From IMG/VR virus record IMGVR_UViG_3300038454_000106, positions 37,698-101,697 of that record: a DNA stretch of 64,000 nucleotides. One strand, written 5' to 3'. Positions 43,457 to 51,902 of the stretch are shown one piece after another. Below the pieces are notes generated by a model. The model did not search any database, was not told the DNA's origin, and saw only the letters and a list, made by a program, of their open reading frames with translations. This DNA is from a virus. The translations under genes and the position numbers were made by a program. Every line of letters starts with the position of its first letter. The stretch's first letter is position 1.

Positions 43457-44284
43457 ATGCCACCCCACTACTCATTCACGGTGGAAGAGAAGGTGAGCCC
43501 TCCGCTCGATTGGTGCCTGCCGGGCACCGTGGCACTCGTCGACGCATGGGAAGCACAATATGGCCGGACGCGTGACGGAGGCCCGGTACTGATCCCCTCG
43601 GATGGATGCCAGCAGTCCCCAAACTGCCCCATCAAGCCCGAGACGCTCGCGGCCAAGGCCGATGCTTGGCTCCGGCAGCGTGGGATCCGCCCGGTCGACG
43701 CGCCCCCGTTGCCCCTCGACGTGTACACGCTGGCGCGCAACGTGCGCTCGGAATTCGGATCGGGCACAGCGATGGAGAAGCTGGCGATCGCCTGGGTCGC
43801 TGTCAACCGGACCCTCATGGACAATGCCGCGTCGATCACCGAGCACTTGCTGGGCACGTTCGGGACCTTCGGCCGCCAGGTCGGCTCGAGACGCCCAGCC
43901 TCGACGCAGCAGGATCCCTCGGTGGCCGATCTCCTGATCGCGAACCACGTCTACACGTCATGGAAGACCCGTGGCACCGAGGAGGATCCGACCTTCGGAG
44001 CCGTGTCCTACTTCGACAAGGTCTCACAAGATGCCATGCACGCCAAGGCGCCCGACTCGAACCCGGCGCCGCTGGACGTCTATGACACCTGGACGGGTGG
44101 CGGAAACTGGCTCACCTGGATCGGCCACGTGCCCGACATCCGGCCCTATCGCCTGCTCCTGTTTTCGATCCGCAAGGATCTCCGAGCGGCCAACAACAAC
44201 ACCGAGCGGGCCCGGATCCGCAATCTTGGGCGCCTGGCCCTGCTCGGCCAGAACCGGGCACCCCGAGCCGACTGGTGCCAATAG
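43457..44284 (+). CDS. SleB/Hydrolase_2-like cell wall hydrolase
   Basis: YTLARNVRSE, AIAWVAVNR, DPTFGAVSYF; TAGCCT 7 nt before ATG 43457. Confidence 0.75.
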   Translation: MPPHYSFTVEEKVSPPLDWCLPGTVALVDAWEAQYGRTRDGGPVLIPSDGCQQSPNCPIKPETLAAKADAWLRQRGIRPVDAPPLPLDVYTLARNVRSEFGSGTAMEKLAIAWVAVNRTLMDNAASITEHLLGTFGTFGRQVGSRRPASTQQDPSVADLLIANHVYTSWKTRGTEEDPTFGAVSYFDKVSQDAMHAKAPDSNPAPLDVYDTWTGGGNWLTWIGHVPDIRPYRLLLFSIRKDLRAANNNTERARIRNLGRLALLGQNRAPRADWCQ

Positions 44285-44329
44285 CGCGCACGCTTCCAGA
44301 AGCAAGTGCCATCTGATAGGGTATCTGCC

Positions 44330-44464
44330 ATGCGTGTACAGGTGACTCGTCCAACGCCTATCCGGCAGCCGGTTCGGCAGCCGGTCAAGGCACCTGCACC
44401 GCGGCCGGGATGCTGCCTGCGTCCGGTGCTCCCACCCCGTCGTCCGCCCACGCGCCCGCGCTGA
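44330..44464 (+). CDS. Pro/Arg-rich peptide (44 aa)
   Basis: MRVQVTRPTPIRQPVRQPVKAPAPRPGCCLRPVLPPRRPPTRPR; TAGGGT 7 nt upstream. Confidence 0.45.
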   Translation: MRVQVTRPTPIRQPVRQPVKAPAPRPGCCLRPVLPPRRPPTRPR

Positions 44465-44488
44465 GGCCGCTTACCAGGAGAGAGATCC

Positions 44489-44752
44489 ATGGCTCGCAAG
44501 TTGACTCTTCAGCAAGAAGCCTTTGGCGTGGCCACGCAGCAGTGTCATGCCGAGACGACGACCGCCAAGGAGTACGGTCGTTGCGTCTCCGACAGGATTG
44601 GAAGCATCCTCGCGTCTGGATCGGTCGCCACGTTCAAGGCAAAGGCAAAGGCAAGGGGTAGGACGGCGGCAACGGGCAAGGGCAGAGGCAGGGGTGGAGG
44701 CAGGGGCGGAGGTAGGGGCAAGAGCAAGAGCTACGCGTGGCCAGGTCGGTAG
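44489..44752 (+). CDS. basic protein with RGG-rich tail
   Basis: AGGAG SD; KAKAKARGR...GRGGGRGGGRGK. Confidence 0.65.
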   Translation: MARKLTLQQEAFGVATQQCHAETTTAKEYGRCVSDRIGSILASGSVATFKAKAKARGRTAATGKGRGRGGGRGGGRGKSKSYAWPGR

Positions 44753-44776
44753 GCTAGGCTTCGACGGTAGAAGGTT

Positions 44777-45001
44777 GTGGCCAAGGATCTCGAGGCCGCG
44801 GTCAAGGCTGCCCAGCTCTATGCCGGCTGCGGCGCCACGATGCGCATCACCGATGCGCAGAAGCTCTACCGTCGACTGCACAAGGCGGTCGAGCGAGTTG
44901 CCACGCGTCGCGGGATGAGCTTCAGCGACGCCCATGACCAGATCACGCGAGAAGCGAGCCGCCGCGGGCCGATCTGTCCGACGCCGGGGAAGGACATCTG
45001 A
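44777..45001 (+). CDS. hypothetical protein
   Basis: 74-aa ORF in a + strand run. Confidence 0.55.
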   Translation: MAKDLEAAVKAAQLYAGCGATMRITDAQKLYRRLHKAVERVATRRGMSFSDAHDQITREASRRGPICPTPGKDI

Positions 45002-45035
45002 GTCTCTGGTCGGCAGTCAAAATGACCTAGCAGCT

Positions 45036-45338
45036 ATGACGAAGCGGAAGCGACGACGGTTCCTCTGGAGCGCTGCTGCGCTCGGTGCCGTCGGGTTTGT
45101 CTGGTGGTTACTGCACGGCTCGGCTGGAGGTGCGAGACTCGCGATGCGTCTCGACGCGACGGGCCTGCACGCTGGCGGTAAGGTCATCACGGCGGAGGAA
45201 GCCGTGAGCTTGGCCCGAGTGGCTGGCGCTGGCGTTGACCTGGTCGTGACCGGGGACGCACGGCAGGGCGACCTCGATGCCGTGCGGACCCTCTTCGCGC
45301 AGGCGCGCATCCTGCTCGCCGTCAAAGTGGCCGCGTGA
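45036..45338 (+). CDS. membrane protein with ExbD/TolR-like C-terminal domain
   Basis: basic N-terminus, TM, then LRLDA.GL...G......VDLVVTGDARQGDLDAVRTLFAQARI. Confidence 0.5.
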   Translation: MTKRKRRRFLWSAAALGAVGFVWWLLHGSAGGARLAMRLDATGLHAGGKVITAEEAVSLARVAGAGVDLVVTGDARQGDLDAVRTLFAQARILLAVKVAA

Positions 45339-45817
45339 GTCTCTGGTCAACAGTCGGGGCCCTCGCCGGTGGCGTGGTCCTTGGCGTGCTCGGTGCCGCG
45401 GCATGGGAGCGCCGAGGCCAGCTCGCCGGACTCCCCGAGGACTGGTGGCGCAAGCGACGCGAGCCCAAGGAGCGGCTCTGCTACCGCACGAAGTCGGAAG
45501 CGCTCCAAGCCTTCCGAGATGCGAACCGGCACCAGATCGAGGATTGGGGCGGGCTCGACACGATAGCGAGCCCAGCCGAGTTTGATGCCATCAACGCTCG
45601 ATACGGGCTCAAGGGCTCACGTGCGGTGCGCACGCTGGCACAGGCGCTCTGGGCCGTGATGCCGGCACACGCACCGTTCTGCCTCGACGAGATCGACGTC
45701 GAGACGCTGAACGAGACGAGCCCGGGCCAGCATGGGACGGGCTTCGTGCTGCCGAGCTGGGCCTACGACCTCATCGCCGCGCGCGACGAGGCCGAGCACT
45801 ATGCGACCGCAGGCTAG
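45335..45817 (+). CDS. N-terminally membrane-anchored protein
   Basis: TM followed by GQLAG; GTGA coupling. Confidence 0.6.
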   Translation: MSLWSTVGALAGGVVLGVLGAAAWERRGQLAGLPEDWWRKRREPKERLCYRTKSEALQAFRDANRHQIEDWGGLDTIASPAEFDAINARYGLKGSRAVRTLAQALWAVMPAHAPFCLDEIDVETLNETSPGQHGTGFVLPSWAYDLIAARDEAEHYATAG

Positions 45818-47124
45818 TCAGCACAGGGCCCGAAGGAGCCCCCAAAGGCATCCGTGGCCGATGGCACGAGCAGTCGCTCGCCGTCACCTGCGACGTTGAC
45901 AACCCCGGCGGAACTCTGGAACGTGTGGCCACTTGGCGGCAGGTAGCGACTGAAGATGACCCGCTCGCCAGAGATGTCAGTGCTGAAGTCACCCACCACA
46001 GGGCCCGAGAGACTGTGATTGGTCAGCTTGACAGCGACGCCACCGGTAGATGCAACGCGGAACAGCTTGTATGCGCCCTCTCGGTCGCTCGAGAAGACAA
46101 TGCCCGAGTCGTCATTGAGCCATCTCGGGGCGTCCTCGAAGGAGTCGGCACCCAGGGTCAGATCAAGGGTATTCAGGCCGTTGATGTCCGTGGTCCAGAT
46201 GTCATTTTCACGGACGTAGGCAACACGGTAGATCCCGTGTGCGAAAGCTGGCGTACGTTCGGCAACCTCCTCCGTCCTCGTGATGTTCTGCGCAGGTCCA
46301 CCAAGGATGGAGATCCAGTACAGATCCGACGGCAACGAGATGGTGCCATCCTTGATGTTGCGGTGAACGAAGATGATGCCCCTGGAGTCCGGGGCCCACA
46401 CGTAGCCGGCATCATCGATCTCCAGCGCGGTGACGGCCCTTGCCACGGTACCGTCGGTGGTGCCGAACCAGAGTTCCTTGCCACGACGCCACAGGAGCTT
46501 GGTGCCGTCAGGCGACCAGCGCGGCCACGTATCCGCCAGCACGGGTCCGAGGACGTCCAGGGCATGGGTGAGGTTCTGGACCATCGACCCATCGGGGGTC
46601 ACCACGTAGATGTCCGAGGTGGTATTCGATAGCTCGCGGCTAGAGCCAAAGGCGATGAGATCGCCCTTGGGCGACCACGTTGCACTATCGATCGGATTGC
46701 CAGCGGCGATGCTGTACGCGTTGGAGCCGTCAACGTCGGAGATCCAGAGCGCACCGCCGAGCATGTACGCCATGCGGCAGGCCACTGCGGGAGGAGCGTC
46801 CGGCGTTCCGGGAGGTGCATCTGGGATATCGGCATCCGGCGTCGCTGGCGTGGCATCTGGAGGGAGCGCGGCATCGAGGTCCGCTGCGCTCGAGACGCAG
46901 ACGCCCGTGAGTGCTCCACCACTGTCATCGTAGACATAGCCCGAGTCGCACATGCTCTCGGGATAGGCGCAAGAATCCCCTCCGCTGGGAGCCGCCAGGC
47001 AAAGCCCGCTCGGGCGCAAGTTGCACTCGATGTCGGAGCTGCACGAGAACTGCCGGGCGCTCTGACTACAGCCACTGCAGCCGGCCATTACAACGAAGCA
47101 TCCAATCAAGATCAAGGCACGCAT
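45814..47124 (-). CDS. TolB-like (PD40) beta-propeller lipoprotein with N-terminal Cys-rich domain
   Basis: lipobox VMAGC; WSPKGDLIAF, PRWSPDG, WAPDSRGIIF, IVFSSDREG repeats; DA-P linker. Confidence 0.85.
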   Translation of the reverse strand: MRALILIGCFVVMAGCSGCSQSARQFSCSSDIECNLRPSGLCLAAPSGGDSCAYPESMCDSGYVYDDSGGALTGVCVSSAADLDAALPPDATPATPDADIPDAPPGTPDAPPAVACRMAYMLGGALWISDVDGSNAYSIAAGNPIDSATWSPKGDLIAFGSSRELSNTTSDIYVVTPDGSMVQNLTHALDVLGPVLADTWPRWSPDGTKLLWRRGKELWFGTTDGTVARAVTALEIDDAGYVWAPDSRGIIFVHRNIKDGTISLPSDLYWISILGGPAQNITRTEEVAERTPAFAHGIYRVAYVRENDIWTTDINGLNTLDLTLGADSFEDAPRWLNDDSGIVFSSDREGAYKLFRVASTGGVAVKLTNHSLSGPVVGDFSTDISGERVIFSRYLPPSGHTFQSSAGVVNVAGDGERLLVPSATDAFGGSFGPCAD

Positions 47125-47150
47125 GAGATCCTCCTGCTGAGAAACACCGC

Positions 47151-47450
47151 TTATCGACGCAACTTCATGCCAGAGACAGAGACCTTCCAGCGGTCCGGCA
47201 CCGGGGAGAACCGGAAGATCACGTAGAGGTAGTCATCGGGATCGTCGGCGTCGCTCACGTAGCTCGGATGTTCGCGGAGCCGAGCAAACGCCCATGCGTA
47301 GTGGGCACGGCTGCTCTCGCTACCAAGGCGCGCGCGAACGTGTAGCTCGTCACCTTCGATCCAAGCTTCGCGAAAGCGCACAAACAGGATGCGTTCGAGA
47401 TCAAAATCTCGCAGCATGACATCTACGGTCTCGTCGTCGATCATGGACAT
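47151..47450 (-). CDS. hypothetical phage protein
   Basis: RFRE.W....L.V.ARLG...LREHPSYVSDADD.DD..Y..FRF. Confidence 0.6.
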   Translation of the reverse strand: MSMIDDETVDVMLRDFDLERILFVRFREAWIEGDELHVRARLGSESSRAHYAWAFARLREHPSYVSDADDPDDYLYVIFRFSPVPDRWKVSVSGMKLRR

Positions 47451-47451
47451 C

Positions 47452-48144
47452 TCACTCGACGTGGCAATCGTGCGAGCAGCCATCGCCGTCGCGGTTATTG
47501 CCATCATCGCATTGCTCGAACAGGCCCTCAGGGTGACCGTTGCCACAGACGTTGTTCTGTTGACAGAGAGCCGAGCAGCCGTTGCGGGTGTCGACGGCAT
47601 CACCATCGTCGCACTGCTCGGCGAGCTGCTCGACGTGGTTGTTGCCGCACACGTTGTTGAACTTGCAGGCGGTGCCGCAGCCGTTGCGGTCGTCATCACG
47701 GTTGCCGTCGTCGCAGTCCTCGATATCGGGACCTTGCTTGTCGACCATGCCATCGCCGCAGACGTTACGCTGGCAGTTCGGCGTGCAGTCCTTGTCGATG
47801 CCATTGCTGGCTCCGTCGTCGCAGGTCTCACCGGCGGCAACGTTGGTGATGCCGTCGCCGCATCGGACGAAGGTACAGTCAGCCATGAGTGCATCGGTCA
47901 CCGCCGCGTCAGGGAGCGCGTTGGATTCGACGCACACGTTGTCGAGTGGACCATCAATCGTCCAATGAAAGCCCGTGCTGCACGCGGTGTCGGGATAAGC
48001 GCACGTCCGACTCTCGTCCGGTGACGACCAGCAGTGGCCGTCGCCGGCCAGGTTGCACTCTCCGTCGGAGCTACAGTGGTACTCGGCCGACGAGGAACAA
48101 GCGGCCAGCAAGCTGGCAGCGATGGTGAGAGAGATATTCCTCAT
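47452..48144 (-). CDS. lipoprotein with Myxococcus cysteine-rich repeats
   Basis: LLAAC lipobox; four CG(D/N)G...E.CDDG.....GC...C repeats. Confidence 0.88.
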   Translation of the reverse strand: MRNISLTIAASLLAACSSSAEYHCSSDGECNLAGDGHCWSSPDESRTCAYPDTACSTGFHWTIDGPLDNVCVESNALPDAAVTDALMADCTFVRCGDGITNVAAGETCDDGASNGIDKDCTPNCQRNVCGDGMVDKQGPDIEDCDDGNRDDDRNGCGTACKFNNVCGNNHVEQLAEQCDDGDAVDTRNGCSALCQQNNVCGNGHPEGLFEQCDDGNNRDGDGCSHDCHVE

Positions 48145-48145
48145 G

Positions 48146-49807
48146 CTACATGACTCCATTGGGATCGATCTTCTCGGACTTGCGAGGCCGGCTTGACCTG
48201 CGCTTGGGCTTGGGCTTGTGCTCATCGTTCGCCGACGGAGCCGTGATGGCAGCCGCTGGAACGGGCTGGACCGTGAGCACAGGAATCGGAGGAGCTGGCG
48301 GAGGAGCTGGTGGGGGCGCTGGCGGAGGAGCTGGCGGGGGAGCCACCATGAGCGTGGGGACTGGAAGCATGAGAGGACGCTGCACCGCAACGCCCCCGAC
48401 GCCATAGTGGGTCACCGCAGCGATGGCCACGGCGCTGCTGCTCGCAGCGATAAGCCCCATGCCGACAAGACGGCCCCAATGGCGCTGTGCCCTGGATGTC
48501 GGCGCGATGACACCAGCAAAGCCGCCCATCGACGTGGAACCGGAGACGCCGCTCATCGACGAGGGACTCGTCGGTCCCGTGACGGCGCTGGCCATCACCG
48601 TACCGCCGTTCATCATCGTCGGCGTCTGGACCGGCGCAGGAGCCACCACCGGTGAGACGCCACCAGTCGGCATGGTCGCGTGAACGATGTCGCCTTCGTT
48701 CAGCTCGATCACCTTGCTCTCGCTCGGATCGGCGCCCCGAATGGCATCCAGTGGAGCAGACACGTCATGGATCGAGATCGGCACGCCTCCCGGTGGAAAG
48801 AAGGGTCGCACCAAAGCGGGCTTGAGCGTGGGCTCTAGGCCCAACTCGCGCCAGTGATGCATGAGGAGTGCAGGGCCATTCGGCGACGTGTGCGACAACG
48901 CGATCGCCACCTCGCGCATGTCCCTCATGCGATCGCCGGGCTCCCACGCCATCGCGTGGGCAAAGAGCGCATCCCAGTACAAGCTGACATCGGGCCGAAA
49001 CCTGGTCGCCGGCACGAACGGCCTACGTTTGGCCTCGTAGATCTGCATCTCGTTGCTCCCCTCGAAGGGGTATCGCCCGGTCAGCATGAGATAGAGCACA
49101 ACGCCAAGGCTGTACACATCTGTCCTGGCATCGACGTCACGGGAGTCCTGCACCTGCTCGGGCGACATGTAGTGTGGCGTGCCCATACACAGGCGCTGCA
49201 TCGTCTCGATGGCCGTCGGGAGCACGCATGGTGCAAGCGGCGACGTGCTCCCAGGTGCAGGCACCTTGGCAATGCCATAATCGAGTAGCTTCGCCACTTG
49301 CACACCATCGATATCGCAGATAAAGATATTGGAGGGCTTGACGTCGCGATGATAGATATTCTCCTTGTGGCCCTTGTAGAGCCCGCGGGCCACCTGGGTC
49401 CCGATCGCAATCACCTCCTCGACGGTAAATCGCAGCTTGATCTCTTGGAGCTTCTTGAGATCGTGGCCCGTCAAATACTCCATCACGATGAAGTGGCGGC
49501 CATCGGGGAGCTGTCCGATCTCGTAGATCGTCGTCGTGTGCCTGCCACCGACGCGTGATGCGGCGCGTGCCTCCGCGTAGAAGCGATTGACTTGCGCCTT
49601 CGCATCATCGCTCTTGCTCGGCGGCTGCGTGAGCACCTTCATGGCACGGCGCTCGTCGAGGTCAATATGGTGGACCTGATAGACCGTGCCCATGCCGCCA
49701 GCACCAATCATCTCTTTGACGACGTATCGGCCGACCTGCTGTCCTACTAGCAAATCGATCCTCCTGGTGTCGCCCTGCCTGCTGTCAATCGTGCCTGCGG
49801 TCGTCAT
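48146..49807 (-). CDS. membrane-bound Hanks-type Ser/Thr protein kinase
   Basis: GAGGMG, AMKVL, HRDVKPSN, DYG (for DFG), GTPHYMSPEQ, DVYSLG; TM and Pro-rich tail. Confidence 0.93.
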   Translation of the reverse strand: MTTAGTIDSRQGDTRRIDLLVGQQVGRYVVKEMIGAGGMGTVYQVHHIDLDERRAMKVLTQPPSKSDDAKAQVNRFYAEARAASRVGGRHTTTIYEIGQLPDGRHFIVMEYLTGHDLKKLQEIKLRFTVEEVIAIGTQVARGLYKGHKENIYHRDVKPSNIFICDIDGVQVAKLLDYGIAKVPAPGSTSPLAPCVLPTAIETMQRLCMGTPHYMSPEQVQDSRDVDARTDVYSLGVVLYLMLTGRYPFEGSNEMQIYEAKRRPFVPATRFRPDVSLYWDALFAHAMAWEPGDRMRDMREVAIALSHTSPNGPALLMHHWRELGLEPTLKPALVRPFFPPGGVPISIHDVSAPLDAIRGADPSESKVIELNEGDIVHATMPTGGVSPVVAPAPVQTPTMMNGGTVMASAVTGPTSPSSMSGVSGSTSMGGFAGVIAPTSRAQRHWGRLVGMGLIAASSSAVAIAAVTHYGVGGVAVQRPLMLPVPTLMVAPPPAPPPAPPPAPPPAPPIPVLTVQPVPAAAITAPSANDEHKPKPKRRSSRPRKSEKIDPNGVM

Positions 49808-50171
49808 CGATTGCCCCCTTTCCTTCCTTCGCGACGACGGCCATGGCCCTGCGGAGGACCATGATCAGATCGGGTCTCTCAGCCGTGCCCTGCCACACGG
49901 CATCCACGTCGGCCGGATCATGCACGCAGCCTCGTAGGCTCAGGAGCAACGATTGGACGGTCGCCTCACGCTCGGCCGTCCAGAGCGGTGGCGGCACCCC
50001 CGCAAGGAGTTCCGCCTGCAACCTCACCGAAGAGGTGATCGAGGCGCAGAGCAACTCTTGCTGCAACTCTGGCTGACACACTGGGTCACGCTGGCGGAAA
50101 TTGGCCCAGAGAAGCGCGATCATCAGCAGGGTCAACGCAAGCGCAACTTGTTTCATGGCGACTTGTTTCAC
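49785..50171 (-). CDS. secreted or membrane hypothetical protein
   Basis: N-terminal hydrophobic segment. Confidence 0.55.
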   Translation of the reverse strand: MKQVAMKQVALALTLLMIALLWANFRQRDPVCQPELQQELLCASITSSVRLQAELLAGVPPPLWTAEREATVQSLLLSLRGCVHDPADVDAVWQGTAERPDLIMVLRRAMAVVAKEGKGAIDDDRRHD

Positions 50172-51604
50172 GGCGACATCCCCTGTCGAGCTTGCCGAGT
50201 TTGCGCAGCCCACATGAGTACCGGCATGAAGGAACTCCGGCCGTCGCTTACGTCGACGGTGACGATGGGCGAATCGATCGCCTCATGATGCGTGGCCACA
50301 GCAAGATCGGTGAAGTCCTCATCGATCCACCGCACGAAGGTTGCACCCTCGAGCTGCGTCTCAGCTTTGCGCAGGATCTCGCGATCGAGTTCCCCGTTCA
50401 TTGTCTTCCAGATCCCCGCCGGGCTCCCCACCACGCCCGCGTCTGGATCTCTTGCGGGGTACTCACCCGATAGCATCTCGGCATAGCGCTCGACGCCGTG
50501 GCACGTGAAGCGCACAACCTCGAGCCGGCCAGTGTCCGCTCCTTTCGTGCGATACGAGCCGATACCCTCGACGTCATGCTCCTCGAAGCGCGCGAGCAGC
50601 GTCGCCACCTGCTGCTCGTAGATGACCGGCTGCGTATGCACAGGGTGATAGGCCTCGAGCATGAGGAGCAGCTCGTCATCGGACATTGTCGACGCGAGGG
50701 ACTCGCGCAGGATCTGGCCAGACAGCAAGACTTGAAACTCGATCGCACGAAGAAACTCGATGCGATCGGTCGTGTCCTTGGGTTGATAATGCGCGCCGTC
50801 CTTGAGGCTGCTGCGAGCTGAACGGGCGAGCATGGACCAGGACTTTTTCAACGCGTCGACAGGCACGGCGATCATCGCCTGCTCGAGGGCAGAGACTGGC
50901 GCGGCCTCGACGCCGGCGCTCATGAGGACAAGGATATCGTTCTCGGCGATCCTATGAAGCGCGCTCTTCTGCGCCTGCACGTAGATGCCGACGATGGCGC
51001 CAAGGACGACAAAGCTCACGGCTTCAAAGAGCAGGTCAATCAGGAAGTTCCAATGCGTGTGGCGCGTGAGCATCGCTGCCAACTTCGCCTCACGCAACGC
51101 ATGCACGAAGCTCTGATCGGCGACCATCATGCGGAGCTGCAGGGTCCGTATCAGCGTCGCCCGGTCGGGTTGTCCGAGAGAGCAGCCCGGGGCGACCGGC
51201 ATATCACAACGGCCTGGGTGGTCGATGTCGGGGACGCCCGTCTTGCGGGCGCTACGATGCGGAGGTGTGTACCCGATGCGATCGTACTCGGCCTGTGCGA
51301 TGCGCTTGAGGATCACGTAGCGATCCTCGAGATCGGAGATGTCTCCCGTGGTGACAGCGTTGAGATGCTCCCTGGCAATGAGGAGCTGAGACTGCACGAC
51401 GAGCGCGATGGGCATGGCCTTGGCGATCTCGGTCCCCTGCAAGCGCGTGAGGACGTCCGCAGCGGCCTCGAGCGCCAAGATGGCCAGGTGCTCCGGTGGC
51501 GGCGCTGGCATGTCCTGCGTGAGTGTCTTCTTGCCTGGCGTCGGACCCGCCTTGCCCATCCCTGTACCCCCCTTTGAGTTGTGCGTGCGTGCGTGCGTCT
51601 TCAT
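50168..51604 (-). CDS. hypothetical protein with central TM, possible effector
   Basis: 478 aa; N-terminal PGKKTLT; AAGGAG SD. Confidence 0.7.
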   Translation of the reverse strand: MKTHARTHNSKGGTGMGKAGPTPGKKTLTQDMPAPPPEHLAILALEAAADVLTRLQGTEIAKAMPIALVVQSQLLIAREHLNAVTTGDISDLEDRYVILKRIAQAEYDRIGYTPPHRSARKTGVPDIDHPGRCDMPVAPGCSLGQPDRATLIRTLQLRMMVADQSFVHALREAKLAAMLTRHTHWNFLIDLLFEAVSFVVLGAIVGIYVQAQKSALHRIAENDILVLMSAGVEAAPVSALEQAMIAVPVDALKKSWSMLARSARSSLKDGAHYQPKDTTDRIEFLRAIEFQVLLSGQILRESLASTMSDDELLLMLEAYHPVHTQPVIYEQQVATLLARFEEHDVEGIGSYRTKGADTGRLEVVRFTCHGVERYAEMLSGEYPARDPDAGVVGSPAGIWKTMNGELDREILRKAETQLEGATFVRWIDEDFTDLAVATHHEAIDSPIVTVDVSDGRSSFMPVLMWAAQTRQARQGMSP

Positions 51605-51639
51605 CGGTACTCCTTAGGTTCCGTTCCACGTCGGGACCC

Positions 51640-51894
51640 TCATGTGGCCGCTAGCCTACGACGGCGAGCATTGCGCTCGTCGCTACAGCTCACGCAGAGA
51701 AACCCCTCTTTGCTGGACTCTCTACAGCGGGTGCAGAGCCCGGCAGCGCGGCGAGCCCAGTAGCGATTCTGGTCGCACTTGTTCATGCGACGTCGGCAAC
51801 GGCGACACGTCGGCACGCCCCTCCGCTTCAAGCAGACGGAGCAGAGCCCCCTCGCGACTCGCTTCGCACGGAGTACGGTGATCGACCCACCCAC
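51640..51894 (-). CDS. small multi-CxxC zinc-finger protein
   Basis: four CxxC pairs, Arg-rich. Confidence 0.6.
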   Translation of the reverse strand: MGGSITVLRAKRVARGLCSVCLKRRGVPTCRRCRRRMNKCDQNRYWARRAAGLCTRCRESSKEGFLCVSCSDERNARRRRLAAT

Positions 51895-51902
51895 GGCTCG
51901 AC

